A DNA stretch of 64,000 nt, taken from the sequence record OZ035849. One strand, written 5' to 3'. This document shows positions 54,422 to 64,000 of the stretch, piece after piece. Every line of letters begins with the position of its first letter. Position 1 is the first letter of the stretch. The notes under the pieces are model-generated. The model did not search any database and was not told the DNA's origin. It saw nothing but the letters and a program-made list of their open reading frames with translations. This stretch comes from Escherichia phage vB_Eco_BGP. A program made the position numbers and the translations under genes.

Positions 54422-54674
54422 TATTCATCATCCTCGTCTTCGTCATCTTCATCAGAGTCTTTGTCTTTTTTGTCGTCTTTATCATCGCTATCTTCGTCAT
54501 CATCTTCATCTTCATCCTCGTCTTCAGGTTCTTCACCTTCAATTAAGAAATTACGAGCGATAGCAATTTTTTCTTCTTTAATTAAATCAATCGTTCTTGC
54601 AGCCATGGCTTCAGCAAATAATTTACGAGCGGCTACGAGGTCGTTTGATTTAATAGCTTCAATTAAACCTTCCA

Positions 54675-54675
<1 letters not shown>
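54421..54675 (-). CDS. 67: prohead core protein gp67 (acidic)
   Basis: 84 aa with poly-Asp/Glu tail ([10 protein letters not shown]...); synteny downstream of gene 20. Confidence 0.9.
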
Positions 54676-56300
<1,625 letters not shown>

Positions 56301-56332
56301 TTAAGCAGGATGGGGATTTCTCCCCATTCATT

Positions 56333-56824
56333 TTATTCCCAATAATCGAGAGCAAGAGTTACTTCAAAGGTTTGGATTTCATTGTTTGAATCCCAATCTA
56401 ATTGAAGTTCACCCACGTTAGTAGGCCACAGACCTTTAATTTCAATTTCTTTTGTTACTGTTTTAGCGTCACGAGCATATTGACGAACGATAGCGCTCTT
56501 TTTATACTCTGCAGGTTTTCCACCAGTAATTTCGTTTCCTTGTCCCGCAGCAATGCTTTGCCAATCAACGAACTTCTGGCGAGCATCATGAGCTTCATCG
56601 TTCATTACTGTAACAGTCCAGTCATCGAATGTACGATCGCCTGCTACGTTAATTTTACGGTTCATAAATCCGACTGGAATTTTTTCTACAATACCAGCTG
56701 GTAAAGCAGTAGCTTTACATTGGAACGTAAAATTTTGTCCAAGATAAGAAATTTCTACTTGGAATAAGTTAGGTCGAGCAAAATCACCAGATTCAAACGC
56801 TCGTGTTACATCATCTACAAACAT
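56333..56824 (-). CDS. 19: tail tube protein gp19
   Basis: 163 aa, same length as T4 gp19. Confidence 0.95.
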   Translation of the reverse strand: MFVDDVTRAFESGDFARPNLFQVEISYLGQNFTFQCKATALPAGIVEKIPVGFMNRKINVAGDRTFDDWTVTVMNDEAHDARQKFVDWQSIAAGQGNEITGGKPAEYKKSAIVRQYARDAKTVTKEIEIKGLWPTNVGELQLDWDSNNEIQTFEVTLALDYWE

Positions 56825-56940
56825 ATTAGCCTCTGTAGTATTTATATCCCTATGTTTAACCTAGGGCATATAGAATTAAAGAATTAAGGATATAGTGTAT
56901 TTATATGGCCTGCCGAAACAGGCCTTTAGAATGCACCGTA

Positions 56941-58920
56941 TTAACCTGCAAGACCAGTTAACTCATCGAAATCTGCACCAGTAGCAGTTGCTACGAAGTT
57001 TAAGGTAATGTAGTTAATGCTTCTAGCCGGTTGGATGTAGAATGTTGCAACAAACTCATTTCTATCAATTACTGACGGAGTGTTATTTGTTGTATCGCAA
57101 ACTACACGATATTCATAAATTCCACCGAGAGCTTTAATTCCCTGTAAGTACTGGGCAGTTTCTGTGCGGAATGATGAACGAGTAAACGCGTTGTTTAATT
57201 CGAACAAACGATATTTTGAACTACGTCCGATGTTCGTTTTCAACATATTAAACAGACGACGAACGTTAATACGATCAAATGGAGAAGGAACAGAAGTAGC
57301 TGTTTTATCACCATACAATACGTAACCATCACCACCTGTACCAGTTACCGGGTTGATAGCTTCTTGGTATAAACGGTCGCGCTGAGCCTGGCGAGTTTCA
57401 ATAGCCAGTTTAATAACGTTAAGAATCTGGCCACGATTATAACCAGCTGGAGACATCCAAGTCTGAGATACGTTATCGGTTCTTGCGCATAAACCAGCAA
57501 TATCAGCTGCTAATGGAACCCAACGATTCACATCATTATATTTGTCATACTGATACTTGTAGTTACCATCAATTGCTGCGTAGGTTGAACTGATATTAAA
57601 GTTATTATCAGTGTATGAACCTGCTGCAGTTCTCCAGTTAACTAAATTATCTACTGCACGAGTTACAGGAATTCCAACTACAGTTTCACGCGGTGGTGAG
57701 CACAGTACTAAGCAATCCTGGCGAGCATCCCCAATTGAAACGACGTGTTTTTGGACAGTAGATGCTGTTTCTAAAGATTCACCGGCACAAGAACCCGCAA
57801 TAAACAACTGAACATCAACAGATTCGCGGTCAGCAAAGAAGTCCCAAGCTTCCATCAAATCTCCTGCTGTTACTTCAGCATTTGATGATAAACCACCAGA
57901 CAGAGTTAAAATTCCAGAGAAGCCTTCTGGCCAGTTTTGTGCAGTTGCGAAAATATATTCTGAACCACCTTTTGCGAAAAAGTCATCAATATAGATGTTA
58001 CTATCGTAAATATCTTTTTCACCACGCTTCGTTGAAAGAACAACGCTTTGAACAATAGCATCATTACGACGAACTATAATAGCATACTGTGAATCAGTTT
58101 GTGGTCCATATCCAAACACTGCTTTAGCAGTAGATGCACGAGTACCACCACCTGGATAAATTGGGAGTAATGCAGAAGCTCCTTTTGCGTAGTCAGCTTT
58201 AGATACGATTTCAATTTCAATTTTATCGCCTAATTCGCCTGGATAAAGAGCTACTACTCCTGGAATTCCGTATTTTTTAAGATTTGTTTGAAAGTCAACC
58301 GCTGTCATAGCAGCTTCAGCATTTTCAATTTCAGCTAATAAAATACCAGAATCAGTAATAATTTTTCCAAGAGTTATTACTGCAGCTAAACCAGAGGAAG
58401 ACGAAGAAATTTCTGCAGTCCAGTTAGAACCTAGTGCTGGATATTCACCGACTTCTTTCGCTTTAGCGATAATTTTTGCAGTAGGAATATTAATTTTCTT
58501 AATTTTTCCATCTGCGTCTACTTCGGTAATTTTACCTTCAGTTTCAATATCATCTGAAACATATTTGACCGTGATTTTATCTCCAACTGCATAGTTACTA
58601 CCTGGGGTAGAAATTGTGTATTCAATATTACCAGCAATTGGCGATGAGTTTTTAGCGGTATCTCTATCAACAGCACGAACAACTCGTAAGTCATTTCCAT
58701 ACTGCAAGAAATTCATCGCAGACATAAAATAGTCAGCAGTTTCAGCGGTTGGTTGACCAAAAGTATTAACTAAATCTACTTCATTTGTAACCTGTTTAAT
58801 TTGAAAAGCAGGACCCCACTGGAATTTACCGGCCAAAGCTGCTGTACCAGTAGAGTTATTAACCACGGTGCTTTGAACCGTAGTTTCTTTGAGCTCAATG
58901 CCCGGAGATAATAAAGTCAT
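56941..58920 (-). CDS. 18: tail sheath protein gp18
   Basis: 659 aa, same length as T4 gp18. Confidence 0.96.
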   Translation of the reverse strand: MTLLSPGIELKETTVQSTVVNNSTGTAALAGKFQWGPAFQIKQVTNEVDLVNTFGQPTAETADYFMSAMNFLQYGNDLRVVRAVDRDTAKNSSPIAGNIEYTISTPGSNYAVGDKITVKYVSDDIETEGKITEVDADGKIKKINIPTAKIIAKAKEVGEYPALGSNWTAEISSSSSGLAAVITLGKIITDSGILLAEIENAEAAMTAVDFQTNLKKYGIPGVVALYPGELGDKIEIEIVSKADYAKGASALLPIYPGGGTRASTAKAVFGYGPQTDSQYAIIVRRNDAIVQSVVLSTKRGEKDIYDSNIYIDDFFAKGGSEYIFATAQNWPEGFSGILTLSGGLSSNAEVTAGDLMEAWDFFADRESVDVQLFIAGSCAGESLETASTVQKHVVSIGDARQDCLVLCSPPRETVVGIPVTRAVDNLVNWRTAAGSYTDNNFNISSTYAAIDGNYKYQYDKYNDVNRWVPLAADIAGLCARTDNVSQTWMSPAGYNRGQILNVIKLAIETRQAQRDRLYQEAINPVTGTGGDGYVLYGDKTATSVPSPFDRINVRRLFNMLKTNIGRSSKYRLFELNNAFTRSSFRTETAQYLQGIKALGGIYEYRVVCDTTNNTPSVIDRNEFVATFYIQPARSINYITLNFVATATGADFDELTGLAG

Positions 58921-58951
58921 TTTTAATCCTCTTTAATATGCTTTAATATAT

Positions 58952-62089
<3,138 letters not shown>

Positions 62090-62130
62090 GATTTCTCCTA
62101 ATCTGGGCTTTAATTAGTTTATAATATTTA

Positions 62131-63832
<1,702 letters not shown>

Positions 63833-63844
63833 TTAAAAATCCTT

Positions 63845-63860
63845 TGGGGCCTTGCGGCCC
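63845..63860 (-). terminator. GC hairpin after wac
   Basis: ggggccttgcggcccc perfect hairpin between wac stop and gene 13 start. Confidence 0.65.
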
Positions 63861-63864
63861 CATG

Positions 63865-64000
63865 TTATGCTGGTGATAAAAAGGTAGAAAGTAATACCCA
63901 TTCGCCGTCTTTACGAACGTAAGCTTGACCATCTTTTGGAGCTTCAGGAATATAACCTGCTTCTTGTAGAGCTTGAACATCACCTTGCAGAGAAGATATA
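63865..64000 (-). CDS. wac: fibritin (whisker) C-terminal end including foldon; CDS begins beyond window end
   Basis: Reverse complement translates ...[40 protein letters not shown], the fibritin foldon and C-terminus. Confidence 0.92.
   Translation of the reverse strand, partial: ISSLQGDVQALQEAGYIPEAPKDGQAYVRKDGEWVLLSTFLSPA

Noticed and set aside
54430-54540. Short GAT/GAA-type triplet repeats that might look like a repeat array
   Set aside because: They are in-frame codons for the poly-Asp/Glu tail of gp67 on the minus strand, with no spacer/repeat organisation; not a CRISPR array.

Overview
This window reads as one contiguous segment of a T4-like (T-even) myovirus genome, oriented opposite to the conventional T4 map. 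Gene order and protein sequences match T4 closely. Minus strand: long tail fiber genes 37 (N-terminal part), 36, 35, 34. Plus strand early/middle block: rnh, dsbA, 33, 59, 32, small ORFs, frd, td, nrdA, nrdB, denA, rnlA, alc, spanin pair, pseT, cd-region ORFs, cd, 31, rIII, 30.x-type ORFs, 30 (DNA ligase), alt. Then minus-strand baseplate hub genes 54, 48, 29, 28, 27, 51; plus-strand 26, 25, uvsY; minus-strand uvsW; plus-strand inh, hoc, rnlB; and the minus-strand late block 24, 23, 22, 21, 68, 67, 20, 19, 18, 17, 16, 15, 14, 13 plus the 3' end of wac. Coding is tightly packed, and T4-type early (GTTTAC-N17/18-TATAAT), middle (MotA box) and late (TATAAATA) promoters and GC-hairpin terminators are visible. 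No CRISPR array, tRNA, rRNA or integrase was found, and nothing here amounts to a clearly undescribed system. The points worth a second look are departures from the T4 reference: a Dam-family methyltransferase gene in the nrdA-nrdB gap, a ~1.09 kb group I intron in nrdB with an intact HNH endonuclease ORF, an intron-less td, an extra ORF between frd and td, a GC-rich ORF-free island after rIII, two identical 54-bp early-promoter cassettes, a partial duplicate of the alt 5' end, and Hoc with an extra Ig-like domain from a 288-bp tandem duplication. All comparisons to T4 are from memory, not from a database search, and need alignment to confirm.
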